Assembly: GCA_051294905.1 (NCBI GenBank)
Contig: CM119371.1
Span: forward strand, 5,706,001-5,770,000
Direction of reading: 5' to 3'
DNA: 64,000 nt
DNA from: Botryllus schlosseri
Taxonomy: Eukaryota
The notes under the pieces are model-generated. The model worked only from the letters and a program-made list of their open reading frames with translations. It did no database searches and was not told the origin of the DNA. Shown here in pieces: positions 1 to 11,516 of this stretch. Every line of letters starts with the position of its first letter. The first letter of the stretch is position 1. The position numbers were made by a program, and so were the translations under genes.

Positions 1-5
1 ATACG

Positions 6-1525
6 CAATGTTCCCTTTAAGCTGCGCACGTGCGCAAATGCGCAGTGCTGAAACGGTCTCTGCGCACAGAAAATCTTCGCTGCGCACAAAAAATCACAAA
101 TGATGTTTTTTTTATAGTTGTTGCGCACTGTTTTCCAATGGACCACGCAGGCGTGCAGATTCGTGAAAATTAAGATAGAACATTGCGTGGGCCAAATAGT
201 GTTATCACTGAAGTATGAAACCGAGGTACAGGTGCGCCCCTCAAAGATAACTATTGTGCTCTGTGAAAAAATTAGAGTTCACAATCACCAGCGCCTCACG
301 GAAGATATTTTTTAGTATGCCCACGTACACGTGAGCGATACTGATATCATTTCAATAGCGCATTAATTTCTGGGAATTGTGAAATAACATGGTTTAACAA
401 AGTTATAAAAAACAATGGGCGTGCTCGAAGTTAATCTGCGACAAACTAATGAATGATAGTCTTCTTCGCATGGCATGAACATTGCGTAAGATTTACTCAG
501 GACCGTAACTTTCGCACCCCAAACCCCCCAATTGGAGGGATCGAGCTCGAAGGGGGTCCAAAATTTTTTCGAGAATTAACATTAATCATGGTGTATTTTT
601 TGAAATTTTTCATGAATTTTTTTTCGCGCTACGCGCGTTTTTTTTATTGTAAGATATCTGATTATTAGGTACCATTTCCCCACAAAAATTAGGCATGATT
701 TATAGAAATGGGAGTTGGGCGTCGGCCCTTACCGCACATTGACGCGCCAAGGCATATGAAGTAAAAGGCTATGTAACATGCGAATCCGACAAGTGCGCCA
801 GAACGATCAGCTGTGAGAAAACCTTGGGCGTAAAAGACTGCCCCGGTGCTGACCAAAAACTTCGATACATACAAATATATGTTTAATTGTCCATGTCCAT
901 GGGCGCCTAAATGGCTGGCGGCAAATGTTCCTGTCCTGGCGATCCGAGTTCCACAAGAAAAATGCCATATTGAGCGTACATTATTTTCCAGTCAAGAAAT
1001 ACCAATTTGAAATCGTGTACGTCTTTTACTTTCGTACGTTTTGGTGATTTCAATATCTTTTAACATAGCAGATAGCAGATAGTGGGTCACGAAATATCAT
1101 CATGTAACGAAGCCATTATATCAACAGGTACGCCCGAAGATGTTTTATTATTATTTAGAGGGCCTATCTATTCCAACACACCTCACTGGATCAGCTCTAC
1201 CGGTAAATCTGATTATGTGAGCAGGGAGAGGATAAAAATTGATAGCAATATATATGCAATTTCCGATCACATTGGCCGATGCAATCATGAATTATAGAAA
1301 TTTTTTCGCGCTTCGCGCGTTTAGGGACGCCACTACTAAATGGGCAACCAATGTACACAATAAGTACCGGAAGAAGCCTAGAGCCGAAGAGGGGTCTGTG
1401 GGGCCAAGCCCCCCAGTAGTTGAATGTATCACCCTATTGGAGGGTGGTTGCGCACTGTTGTCCGAGGGCCTGCGCAGTGAGTTATCGTGTTTGCGTAGAC
1501 TCTTGAAAAATTAGAGGGAACATTG
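6..1525. mobile_element. Non-autonomous DNA transposon (hAT-like), TIR CAATGTTCCC, TGCGCA-rich subtermini
   Basis: CAATGTTCCCTTTAA at 6 and TTAGAGGGAACATTG ending at 1525; a 200-bp copy of the same family at 48261-48460 has a perfect 8-bp TSD. Confidence 0.8.
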
Positions 1526-1533
1526 GTCATAAG

Positions 1534-2048
1534 TAGGGCTGGGCACAATGATTCGAGTACTCGAATCTGAATCGAGTATTAATTTTAATGATTCGAGTCG
1601 AGTAGTAAAAGACGATTTTTTCGAGTACTGAAATTGTACGCTCCTCACAACTGAAAGTTAATGAACTAACAAGAATTATAGTTTTGATAATATTTTCCAC
1701 TGATGAAGCCTTGAAACCTTGATTGGCCGTGTCGTAGCATGATAGACATAGTACAAAGCTACAAACGTTACTGGAAATAACACATTTCCAAAGTCATGAT
1801 CGTTCCACAACATTGTCAAGAAGTGCAATGAAGTCGGTATGGTCGAAAACATACCGAAGTATCATTAATGTGACAGATAACAGGCATTATGTTCTTCGTG
1901 GTGGCATAAAAGGTACATATATGAACTTTGACATAGTACATTATGTTGTGACGTCATAATGAGTGATACTCGAATACTCGACTCGACTCGAAGCATATTA
2001 CGTGATTCAGAATCGAATCACTCAGGTACTCGATTTTGCCCAGCCCTA
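1534..2048. mobile_element. MITE, TIR TAGGGCTGGGCA, GATTCGAGTA/TACTCGA subterminal motifs
   Basis: TAGGGCTGGGCACAAT...ATTTTGCCCAGCCCTA; flanks GTCATAAG/GTTATGAG (6/8); many decayed copies, e.g. 14664-14960, 15160-15636, 30465-30997, 32640-33190. Confidence 0.8.
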
Positions 2049-2050
2049 GT

Positions 2051-2240
2051 TATGAGCAGAAGAAACAGCTGTCCACAGAGGAGGGTAATGCCTCGATTGC
2101 GGAACGCCTTTTCCACGTCGGTGAGTGAACCGTTTTTAACGCAAAGCCAGGTTATCGTCTATGGATATGATGTCATGTAGTAAGAAACTGCTGATGTGTC
2201 GGAGAGATCCCATAGTATAGCCCTAGTCATAAGTCGTAGC
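2051..2240 (-). pseudogene. Reverse transcriptase C-terminal remnant fused to the protease
   Basis: RLMTRAILWDLSDTSAVSY, then after a frameshift LHDII (YxDD-like), then VEKAFRNRGITLSVDSCFFCS* resembling the Gypsy RT motif LxxxGLxLNxxKCxF. Confidence 0.55.
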
Positions 2241-3430
2241 TTCGGATTATTTCGATTGACTTCATCGGAGAACTTTACAAGACCAAGGTTTTCAGACGCA
2301 TCAAGCGATAACAATGGCATCTTGATTCCTCGAAACACCACGATTTTCTCGTCGACCTGTCTCGATGCAATGGTAACGCGTGCGTAGAAATAACCTAGTG
2401 GCTCCATGAGTGTTTCTGCCGCTGTTCTGGTTTTGCGTATATCATCAGCGGATTGTTTCACTCCCAACACTTTCATATCTTCAACCCCGATTGCGATCCA
2501 GTCAGCACCAGTATCAATCGTAAATGCCATCACGATCTTCAAACGTCCAGTGTCTACTGTTGCTTGAATTGTCTTCGTTCTGGTACCTGCTTTCTTTGCC
2601 ACTGTACCAGACGAGCACATGGATTTTCCACCTTTTCGCTTCCTTTGGAAACATAGTTTAGCGAAATGACCCATTCGTTCGCAATAATAACATTCCACGT
2701 TCTCTGCGGGACATGTTTCTTGCTTGCTGTGCTTTCTGCCACATGATTGGCATGGTTTGCTCTTATTCACTTTGTACGTCGTCTTTTTGTGTTGAACAGC
2801 GATCTTGCTGATGCCGGGCTGAGTCGAAATTCCAGCGAAAGCATCTTCGGTATTCTGAACTGATTCAAATGCTTCAAGAATTCGCCTCGCGCGATCTAGT
2901 GTCATCTCCGTTTCTTCAAACAGTTTCTTCTTCGCTGCTTGATTGTTTGTGTGGAACACCAATTTATAGAGTAACCACACGTTGAGTACCTTCTGCTTGT
3001 CTGCGTTGCAGATCCTATTATCGAATTTGCATGGTGAGATCAAGCTTACAATTTCAGCATAGTAATGTTGGAACGATTGTCCAGCTTGTTGCTTGCATTC
3101 CTCAAACTTATGTCGTCTGGTCCAAACGTTCTCCGCGGCGTCGGCGATACTATTAACAGCTTTCAATATCTCGTCAAGAGTTTCCCGATTGTCGATCGGA
3201 AGTTGCAATCGCAACGCTTCTATCTTCAAGAATGTGTCTTCGGTGACACAAGCTTCAAAAGCAGCCCATTTAGCGACCCAATCTACGCCTTCAGCTGTCA
3301 CTCCCGATTCTCTTGAAAAATTCTGGAATTGCCGCTTCCATGTTAGGAACGATGGACCCGTGTGAATAGAAAGATCGTGATCTTGCTTCACAAGAACTTT
3401 CTTCAGCGACCAATCTATCTTCGGCGGCAT
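2159..3430 (-). CDS. Ty3/Gypsy (Mag-like) gag-protease ORF of an internally deleted LTR retrotransposon
   Basis: 423-aa ORF; tandem Cys-His knuckles CQSCGRKHSKQETC and CYYCERMGHFAKLC; aspartic protease motif IDTGAD; no RNase H or integrase. Confidence 0.85.
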   Translation of the reverse strand: MPPKIDWSLKKVLVKQDHDLSIHTGPSFLTWKRQFQNFSRESGVTAEGVDWVAKWAAFEACVTEDTFLKIEALRLQLPIDNRETLDEILKAVNSIADAAENVWTRRHKFEECKQQAGQSFQHYYAEIVSLISPCKFDNRICNADKQKVLNVWLLYKLVFHTNNQAAKKKLFEETEMTLDRARRILEAFESVQNTEDAFAGISTQPGISKIAVQHKKTTYKVNKSKPCQSCGRKHSKQETCPAENVECYYCERMGHFAKLCFQRKRKGGKSMCSSGTVAKKAGTRTKTIQATVDTGRLKIVMAFTIDTGADWIAIGVEDMKVLGVKQSADDIRKTRTAAETLMEPLGYFYARVTIASRQVDEKIVVFRGIKMPLLSLDASENLGLVKFSDEVNRNNPKLRLMTRAILWDLSDTSAVSYYMTSYP

Positions 3431-3443
3431 CGTAAGCTCATTC

Positions 3444-3634
3444 TATGCTCGCAGCGCCATGTAACATATCTGTCTTCAGCCGAGACCCTAACATGCAGAT
3501 AAGCGATTGTGAGCGAAAGTCCTTTATTACTCGCATGACGTTAACTTAAATACGAACGAGGACACAAGACACCAATCATTAGGACTACGTATATCACAGT
3601 CATGTCATGATTGTTCGACGGGACATCGCAAACA
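3444..3634 (-). mobile_element. 5' LTR and primer-binding site of the Gypsy element
   Basis: On the minus strand the LTR ends ...TTACA (3460) directly followed by TGGCGCTGCGAGCA (PBS-like, close to a tRNA-Ser 3' end complement); AATAAA near 3523-3528; LTR 5' end uncertain (about 3625-3634). Confidence 0.65.
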
Positions 3635-3635
3635 T

Positions 3636-3779
3636 TGCGTACTAAAACACGACTATTCATGTACTGCGAATGCAAGGTGCGTACTATACATGGGTACAGG
3701 CTTTTTCCCAGAATTTATACGCCATTTTATGGGTGCGTATTATACATGGGAGCGCACTATATTCGTAAAATTACGGTAT
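3636..3779. mobile_element. Tc1/pogo-like MITE end (...AAATTACGGTA)
   Basis: Repeated GTGCGTAYTATACA motifs ending TTACGGTA-TA; the matching terminus TACCGTAATTTCCCATGTATAATACGCAC occurs at 7692. Confidence 0.5.
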
Positions 3780-4867
3780 ATTTATTCAATTTAAATTATA
3801 CAAGAAAGTTGGTAAAGGTGAGAACTGCGTAATGTAAGCACCAGAGCCGTCTAAAAAACAGAGATACATTCCTTTTAGATCGGCGGTTATCACAGTTTTA
3901 GTCTTTGCGGACCCCTTTCAGATCGCCACGGACCCTCGTAGACCCCCTACCACGATTTTTATTTTGAATTTACCTCAAATATCGCGCAATCGCCATCTAC
4001 CATGTGCAAATATTAACTGTAGGCTAGTAATAAAGATCAACGTAATGACTTTTCCAGAAAATAACATCATACTATTGATGTACAAATTAAAAGGACTTTC
4101 TGTTGTGAATTCTGTAGCTGCATTTCTTTGATTACGCCGTCGTGCTGAAAAATCCACGCCGTCGATTTGACATGAATGATTGCCAAAAATACATTTCCAC
4201 AGTGATAGGTGATGACGAATGTAATAATTAACCGTAGCGGTAGGTATGATATATACGGCATCAACATTGAGAAACAGAACATCTAACGTCGAGCCTATTC
4301 ATTTCTATCTAGCAGGTCAATATGAAGTTATTCTGGAATATCGGTTATTTATATCACAGAAGAATAAGGATTTCCGCAAACAGATCGTTTTGGAAACCCT
4401 AACAACACATCTCTAAACGGCAATATCTTTGTATCAGTAGACTATTGGTTACTAAAATGAGTTTCCCTAGTAGAATATTTCATCTAAGACTGTCATTCTG
4501 TTTATGTCAGTCCTGAAGTTTGAACAATTATGGAGCGAAACTATTTCTCTAATTAAAAAAATACAAATTTGGTTTTCAACCATTTTGCAAATTTGGAGGA
4601 TTCGCGGACTATCTGATCATGCTCTGCGGACACTCGATTGAGAGCCACTGTATTACGACAACATAAGCTGTGATCATTTCGTTAGTGGTCAATTTCTTAG
4701 TTGTGTACCAATGAAGGATCGGTGAAACCTACAATCAGTGGATGGCTGGTCGCTCTCACAGGTGACACCAGCGTATCGCGAACAATCACAACTTTCCCAT
4801 GGTACATCGTTTATTTGATGACTTGAAATTGACTACAAAATTCTGCTCCGAGTCACGAGTTAAACCG

Positions 4868-5136
4868 ACAAGATAGCGTAATGGTGAAGCGTCGGTTTTC
4901 TTATAAAGTAGGTTGTGGGTTCGATCTTTTGCAGAGTCAGACCAAAGACCCGATTAGTAACACTGGTATCCATGACTTCCCTGCTTGGTGCTCATGCTAT
5001 ACTGGGATAGCATGGAGGGTTGGTGCAAGACATAGAATGCCGTAAAAGGCTCTATCTGCACGCACCGTCCTTGTCCAGCAGCATATGTATATCATAAGTC
5101 GATGTATATGCCACAAAACACCAATCAACACCAATC
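4868..5136 (+). mobile_element. tRNA-derived SINE with Meta-domain-like core
   Basis: Box A TAGCGTAATGG, box B GGGTTCGATC, central GTCAGACCAAAGAC...TGGTATCCATGACTTCCCTGCTTGG, short CACCAATC-repeat tail; inserted in a GACTC-family MITE. Confidence 0.65.
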
Positions 5137-6306
5137 CGCATTTCTGAAGCTCCGATTCAAGTCATACGAAAAAGTTGACTAGAGTCTGACACGAGTCATC
5201 CCAACACTGATCATAGTGGGGAAATATTTTGGAAATTAGTTTGGAATTTTATTACTAACATAATCAGTGTAATTAGATAGCTATCATTGTCTAGTTGTCC
5301 ATGTCCGGGTAAGTGATAGGGTATCATGGGATAGGGTTTAGTTTTGGAGCTGGGTTGGCTTAAAATTAAGGTCGGGGTAAGGGTTACTGATGCTTCCACA
5401 ATACACTAAACTTGAACCACTCAGGAACACCATGAATGTTGACATAGTCACATGGAACCGCGATTAGTGATGGTCATGTTGTGCATTTGTTATTGGCGGG
5501 ATTGAAGCTGTGTGCAATGAAAAGTGATACATAATCCTCAGAGATGAATTATTATAGACCTGAATTTTTATTTTATGCATACGATTGGCTATGAATTGGG
5601 TGCAATTCAACCTTAATTATTCAGTTATCAATTAATGACTCCACTGACTATCATGATTGTTATTCTTGCAGTAATGTGTATTGAGACAGCTTTTAACGTA
5701 CCATAGGCGTTGTGGTGACGCGGTGCTTCTGACAGGAACGACAAGCTACAAACTAGCAGAAATTTTGTTCTTTTCAACCTATATAAAAGTAAAAATAGCA
5801 CTGTTATTGTGAACCTTATTACTGAGAAAACTGCTGCAGGGCATATTCATTGAAGCTGCTCAATGTTCATGGTCCCAGGTACATCTTTTGTTTGTTCATG
5901 GGGAATTTCCCTAATTCATTTTTAAATATGCAACGAAGTGCAGTATTGTCACTCAGTGTTGTGTTTTTTCTCGTGTTATGAATGGGTTGTAACTAAAATG
6001 ATCGAAACTTTTGATATAACAATACTTCTCTTGAAGATATCCGACTATATTAAACAATAAGACTACATTACAATCAAATATAATGATTTTTTACACTCTC
6101 ATTGATGAAGTCATTCCCATGCTATTAATAGTTTTGTATTGGAACAATATCTTACTACTCATACTACTCATTTGCTTTTCGTTTAAAATAATTCCACACT
6201 TTCATGCATTGCAGATGTAGCCGTACTATAATTGAACTAAGTTTATATGCTGATATGCGGAAAATCTGTGTTTTTTTTTCTCTAGTGTCAAAAAGGAAAG
6301 CCTGCT

Positions 6307-7428
6307 GTGGATCCAGTATTAACTACTGATCAAGACTTGAAAGAACTCCGATTCGATATATATTGGGAAGCATTTACAGGGAATAGTAACCTCAGGCATC
6401 AAAGGGATATGCATGCTGGCATGGAAAATGTTGAATGTGATCCATGTGGTAAAGCATTTACTCAGAAGGGTACCCTCAAGCGTCATATGGATGTTCATGC
6501 TGGAATCAGAAATCATGAATGTGATGTATGTGGTAAAGCATTCACTAAGAAGAGTCTCCTCAAGATGCATGTGGATAAGCATGCTGGAATCAAAAATCAT
6601 GCATGTGCTATATGTGGTAAAGCATTCATTCAGAAGGGTCACTTCAAGCGTCATATGGATACGCATGCTGGAATCAAAAATCATACATGTGCTATATGTG
6701 GTAAAGCTTTCACTGAGAAGGGTAGCCTCAAGCGTCATATGGATAAACACGCTGGAATCAAAAATCATGCATGTGCTATATGTGGTAAAGCTTTCAATGA
6801 GAAGGGTAGCCTCAAGCGTCATATGGATAAGCATGCTGGAATCAAAAATCATACATGTGCTATATGTGGTAAAGCTTTCACTGAGAAGGGTAGTCTCAAG
6901 CATCATATGGATAAACACGCTGGAATCAAAAATCATACATGTGCTATATGTGGTAAAGCATTCACTGAGAAAGGTACCCTCAAGCTTCATATGGATATGC
7001 ATGCTGGCATCCGAAATCATGTTTGTGATATATGTGGGAAAGCATTCACCATGAAGGGTCACCTCAAGCGTCATATGGATATGCATGCTGGCATCAAAAA
7101 TCATGCATGTGCTATATGTGGTAAAGCATTCACTCAGAAGGGTCACTTCAAGCGTCATATGGACACGCATGCTGGAATCAAAAATTATACATGTGCTATA
7201 TGTGGTAAAGCATTCACTCAGGAGGGTAACTTCAAGCTTCATATGGATAAGCATGCTGGAAACAAAAATCATGCATGTGCTATATGTAGTAAAGCATTCA
7301 CTGAGAAGGGCACCCTCAATCTTCATTTGGATATGCATGCTGGAATCAAAAATCATGTTTGTGATATATGTGGTAAAGCATTCACTCGGAAGGGTATCCT
7401 CAAGCGTCATATGTATGTGCACGTTTGA
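6307..7428 (+). CDS. Tandem C2H2 zinc-finger protein (12 complete fingers; probably a last exon, acceptor near 6285)
   Basis: Twelve CxxC-x12-HxxxH units at an 84-bp period with AGIKNH linkers; polypyrimidine tract plus AG at 6270-6285. Confidence 0.9.
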   Translation: MDPVLTTDQDLKELRFDIYWEAFTGNSNLRHQRDMHAGMENVECDPCGKAFTQKGTLKRHMDVHAGIRNHECDVCGKAFTKKSLLKMHVDKHAGIKNHACAICGKAFIQKGHFKRHMDTHAGIKNHTCAICGKAFTEKGSLKRHMDKHAGIKNHACAICGKAFNEKGSLKRHMDKHAGIKNHTCAICGKAFTEKGSLKHHMDKHAGIKNHTCAICGKAFTEKGTLKLHMDMHAGIRNHVCDICGKAFTMKGHLKRHMDMHAGIKNHACAICGKAFTQKGHFKRHMDTHAGIKNYTCAICGKAFTQEGNFKLHMDKHAGNKNHACAICSKAFTEKGTLNLHLDMHAGIKNHVCDICGKAFTRKGILKRHMYVHV

Positions 7429-7680
7429 ATCAAAAATCATGTATGTCGTAAAGCATTCACTATGAAGCCTAACCTCAAGCGTCATTTGAGTATGCATGCA
7501 GGATTCAGAAATCACACATGTGCTATATGTGGTAAAGCATTTACTCAGAAGGTTACCCTCAAGCTCCATATGGATATGCATGCTGGTATTAAAAATCATG
7601 TTTCTGATATATGTGGGAAAGCATTTACCGTGAAGGGCCACCTCAAGGAACATGCATATGCATTCTGGCACCAAAATTCA
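7429..7680 (+). pseudogene. Three further degenerate zinc fingers beyond a nonsense codon
   Basis: TGA at 7426 replaces the linker GGA; the same frame continues with one finger carrying a 9-bp deletion, one intact finger, and one with C->S plus a frameshift. Confidence 0.8.
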
Positions 7681-8555
7681 TTATTGTGATATACCGTAAT
7701 TTCCCATGTATAATACGCACCTGCGAGGCTCGCGACGCAATAGTTCAGACCAGCGACGATTTCGTGTGCACCATCCCTATCACACATGCAATTGCTCTTC
7801 CCAACAATTAGGCCTATATCGTGCGCACCAGGCCAGTTGGAGATGCGACCATTTAGGCCAGCAATTATATCTTGCGCACATTTCCTGTTGGAGATGCGAT
7901 TGTTCAGACCTGTCGTTGATGCTATAAATTAGCAAGAATTGCTAGCGTGTGTGCAGCATCTTTCTCCTCGCTACCTGAGTGATTCGAATCGTGCATGGTG
8001 CAGCTACCTGGACGTTTCGCTGCTAGCAGTGCCAAGTGATTGTCCTGAAGAGTGAACGTATTACGACATCTCTACCATACTGTATGAGCCCACATATGTT
8101 TCGTGTACATTTTATGGTAGTCGTGCAACCTATTGCATTAACACTGGCCAATATGAATAAGATACCTATTTTTCTACATTTTTTGAGTATTGATGTACAT
8201 TTGTTTTGTTGACAAGCTTTCTACATTTCTTGAATATCGTTGTGATCCGTTCTTGTTTGTGTGAAGATCTTACAGCCATTGCTATAGCTAGTAATTGCTT
8301 GCTTTATCCTGTATAGAGGCAGTTCTGTCTGTCTGATTCTTCAGGAATTTTACCGATGTAAATGTGGAAAGCAAATCTGATTACGATAAAATATAATGAA
8401 TGAGTTGCTTCGGAATCAAATTCATTGCGTTGTGTTTTTGTTAGTCACTGATTTTCAAATTTCATTTGTTCTGATTTAGTTGTGCAGTTTAAACTACCAG
8501 TAGTTTGTATAAGTGTGATGCCAACACGGTAATGTACGATATTTCATCTTGCAGA

Positions 8556-8752
8556 TTGATTTGGATTTGATTTCACGATTACGTCTGAAAAGGTATACCT
8601 TGCGACGAATGAGATCTCCGAATGCATGTGTGATGACTCTAATGGGAATCATAGACGAGAAATCCGTTTCTTGGCAAAGGCGAATTTGCCAAATGCATTA
8701 GACTCACTGAAGTCTGAACGAAAGAAGATTTTCCTTGTTAAATGTGCCGTAG
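8556..8752 (+). pseudogene. PLK1: PLK1-like exon E1 (Gly-rich loop)
   Basis: FLGKGEFAKCIRLTEV*TKEDFPC* from 8667 vs PLK FLGKGGFAKCFEI...TKEVFAGK; AG|GTGAGT donor at 8753; two stops. Confidence 0.75.
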
Positions 8753-9120
8753 GTGAGTCGTCTTTATTGACACTACAGAATCTGTGTGAATGCTAATATA
8801 TTTACTAATATCAATATTTCGTAAATACTCTAGTGAAAACAAACATGGTCAAGAACTTGCAAGTTGCCATTTCTACATGATTTTCAACTAGAGCTAGCCA
8901 ATACCAATGAAACTGATACCGAGCACCTCATTCGATAACCTAGATATTCTTCTAGATCAGGCCACATCTTCAAAAATAGCTTCACAGTCATTGTTGTGCC
9001 TGGACATGAAAAAAACTAGAAAGGTTGAAAAAAACTAGTTCCAGAAGGTTGAGAACCACTGATTTAGATGATCCAACTAATAATGTTGTCAATCCAATTA
9101 GATTTGATATTTGTTATCAG

Positions 9121-9241
9121 ATGGAAGTTTACAAAAGAGAGCGCGTCATCACAGAACCAGAGACCAGTTATTACATGCAACAGATTCTGCTGGGAGTACT
9201 TCATCTTAACGATTGTATGATCATTCACACTGATATTAGAG
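9121..9241 (+). pseudogene. PLK1: PLK1-like exon E3 (catalytic loop), copy 1
   Basis: MEVYKRERVITEPETSYYMQQILLGVLHLNDCMIIHTDIR between AG and GTAAG. Confidence 0.85.
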
Positions 9242-9725
9242 GTAAGGTAATGTTGGATGCAGTGGCGTGAGACTTGTGCAAACTACTGGATTTTTCCAAT
9301 GTGTATAATTGGAACTGGAACTAGATTTACTAACTTTTTGAAACTCGCAACTAGAACTAGAATTAGAACTTACTTCAAATAGAAGTAGTCAGTTTACCAG
9401 GAATTAACTAGTTTGTTAGTTTGTACAAGTCTATGTACTTGTGTAACTGGATGTAACGATAGAACTACTCACTTTTAAAATGTGCAACTATAACTGGAAC
9501 TACTTACTTTTCCAAGTACACATTTAAAAAAAGAAGGCTAAAAGCATTTCCTCGTTACAATGTTTCTCAAACTATGGCGGTCGCAATTGCAACTGGTATG
9601 CTAGCAGACTTGCACAACTGGTATGCTAGCAGACTTGCACAACTAGATAATTCTTGTCTAATTAGAGAAAAATACTGGTAATCTAACTCAGTGCTCTTCA
9701 ACCGGGGTTGTCGTACACCCTAGGG

Positions 9726-11516
9726 CAGGGGTGGGCAATTATTTTCCTCAGCGGGCCCAATGAGAAGTTTAAATACGTTGGCGGGCCAAGTGAAAAATTT
9801 AGGCTTTATTCTCCAGCGTATTATAATTTTATTTCTGAATTACATTGTTAATAAATGCTGCTAACTGAATCTGTTCATGTCAGGTAATGAGAAATTTACG
9901 GTTAATTAAACAATATCTATTTGCTGTCGTGATTCGAAACAATGTTAATCTGTTAAACATGATACATTTTTTACTCTTATTTAAACCTCTATCCACGTTC
10001 TTATATGAAGACTGTAGAACAGTGGTTCTCGAACTTTTTAGGCACTCCTCCCTTTATGATAGTAAACAAATTCGCGCCCCCGTTATCATGATATCACAAT
10101 ATTAAAAAGTGCAACCAGAATGCTAGCAATCCCAACGGATAGTTTGATAGCATGGACGTTCATGGCTGTTGATGGGTGAATTCTGAAATATCAAAGTCGG
10201 ATATCAACTGATCAGTCAACTGATCAGTTGATCAAAAATCAACTGATAAGTCCTTCAAACAAGATTTTGTTGTTAAAGCAGCAATGCAACAAACAGTAAC
10301 ATGCTAATTGGCATTGCAAATTTGGTACAACCATCCAACACTTTTAATGGCGGTCTAAAAATCGACAATTTGCTTGTAACTTTTTTTCTGTACATTTTCA
10401 GGACAAAGTTCTATGAAAGTGAGATAGAAACATGTTGCTTCCACAGATTTTAAACCCAAAACTGGCTTTCTAGCACAAGCGGTTATCAGGATATGGCAAA
10501 ATTAGCTATTTTCGACTCGTTTGGTGAATTAGCTTGGCCACTAGAGGGCGTAAGAACCTGAAATTATGATTGAAGTTATTCATTTTTGATTTGTGGCCAA
10601 ATATCAGAGGCACTTTTTGAAATTCAAAATTTTCTTTTTTTTCACTCCACCATAATACAGAGCAATAACTGTAAGCTGGGGGTAAATCGCGCATGGCGCG
10701 AAAAAATTCAATAAACTTCGGCTTCGCGCCCCTCATCTGATGCTTACACGCCCCCTACTTCGAGAACCACTGCACTGAAATATATGCAATAGTTTAAAGC
10801 TTATACTCTTGGTCGCTGCATTCCCGCTATGTGCTGTGCATCTCTAATAGCCTTGATGTTCAGCGAAGCTTGCATTTTTCTGAACTTCGTCCTCCCTTGA
10901 CCGAGTGTTTCGTATTTTTGTCATAAGACCGACAATACTTCATCTCGGCGACATGCTCGGCAAAAACTAAAAGGACGAATTTACCCCTGACTCCAATATA
11001 CAAATATTTAGTGCTAGAAAGTCTAAAGTCTAAACCTTCTTTGAATTTCAGTTTTTGGCGTTATTTTTTGGCATGCCCGTTAATCCTTTATGGGTGATAA
11101 ATATGATGAGTCATATAGTAATCGCGAGCATTGATTGACTTGTCTTACAAATTAGGAATTTGGAAACGTAACACGTAACAATTTGAAACACATACCGTAT
11201 AATGCGTAATGTGACAATGGCAACGAAGAAGGTTTGAACTAAACTATACGGAAAGAGTGATTTCTTGTAACTTAAATTGCTACTCAGACTTTGCCACAGT
11301 GCCTTTATTTTGAATCTGGATTACGCATGCGAGGTAGGCAACGTAGGCAGCGTAATCGTGGCATATTAATAAAGAGTATAGGCCTCTACAAAGTCAACGA
11401 ATTTCCTGTTGAGTTGATACAGCCTATGGTTTTAGTCATTCAAAAAGCAAGTCTTATGCTGTGAATTCCAAGAAACCTTTCGCGGGCCGCACAGAATAGC
11501 ACTTTGCCCAGGTCTG
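9726..11516. mobile_element. hAT-like element nested in 9689-13059
   Basis: TIR CAGGGGTGGGCAA / TTGCCCAGGTCTG; perfect TSD CCCTAGGG (9718-9725, 11517-11524). Confidence 0.85.
10020..10772. mobile_element. hAT-Charlie-like MITE, third nesting level
   Basis: 14-bp TIR CAGTGGTTCTCGAA; TSD decayed; inverted relative at 52352-53190. Confidence 0.8.

Noticed and set aside
4868..4940. tRNA gene candidates (also 50290-50362)
   Set aside because: A/B boxes present but no convincing cloverleaf; they continue into SINE bodies
5670..5878. Possible upstream exon of the ZF gene
   Set aside because: AG/GT present but no recognisable coding signal; cannot be supported without transcripts
6319..7674. 451-aa antisense ORF and alternative-frame ORFs over the ZF arrays (also 39186-40363)
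   Set aside because: By-products of a repeated 84-bp unit lacking stops in other frames; no independent domain
7724..8060. GC-richer segment with a short internal repeat after the ZF gene
   Set aside because: Probably a TE fragment, but no termini or protein motif could be identified
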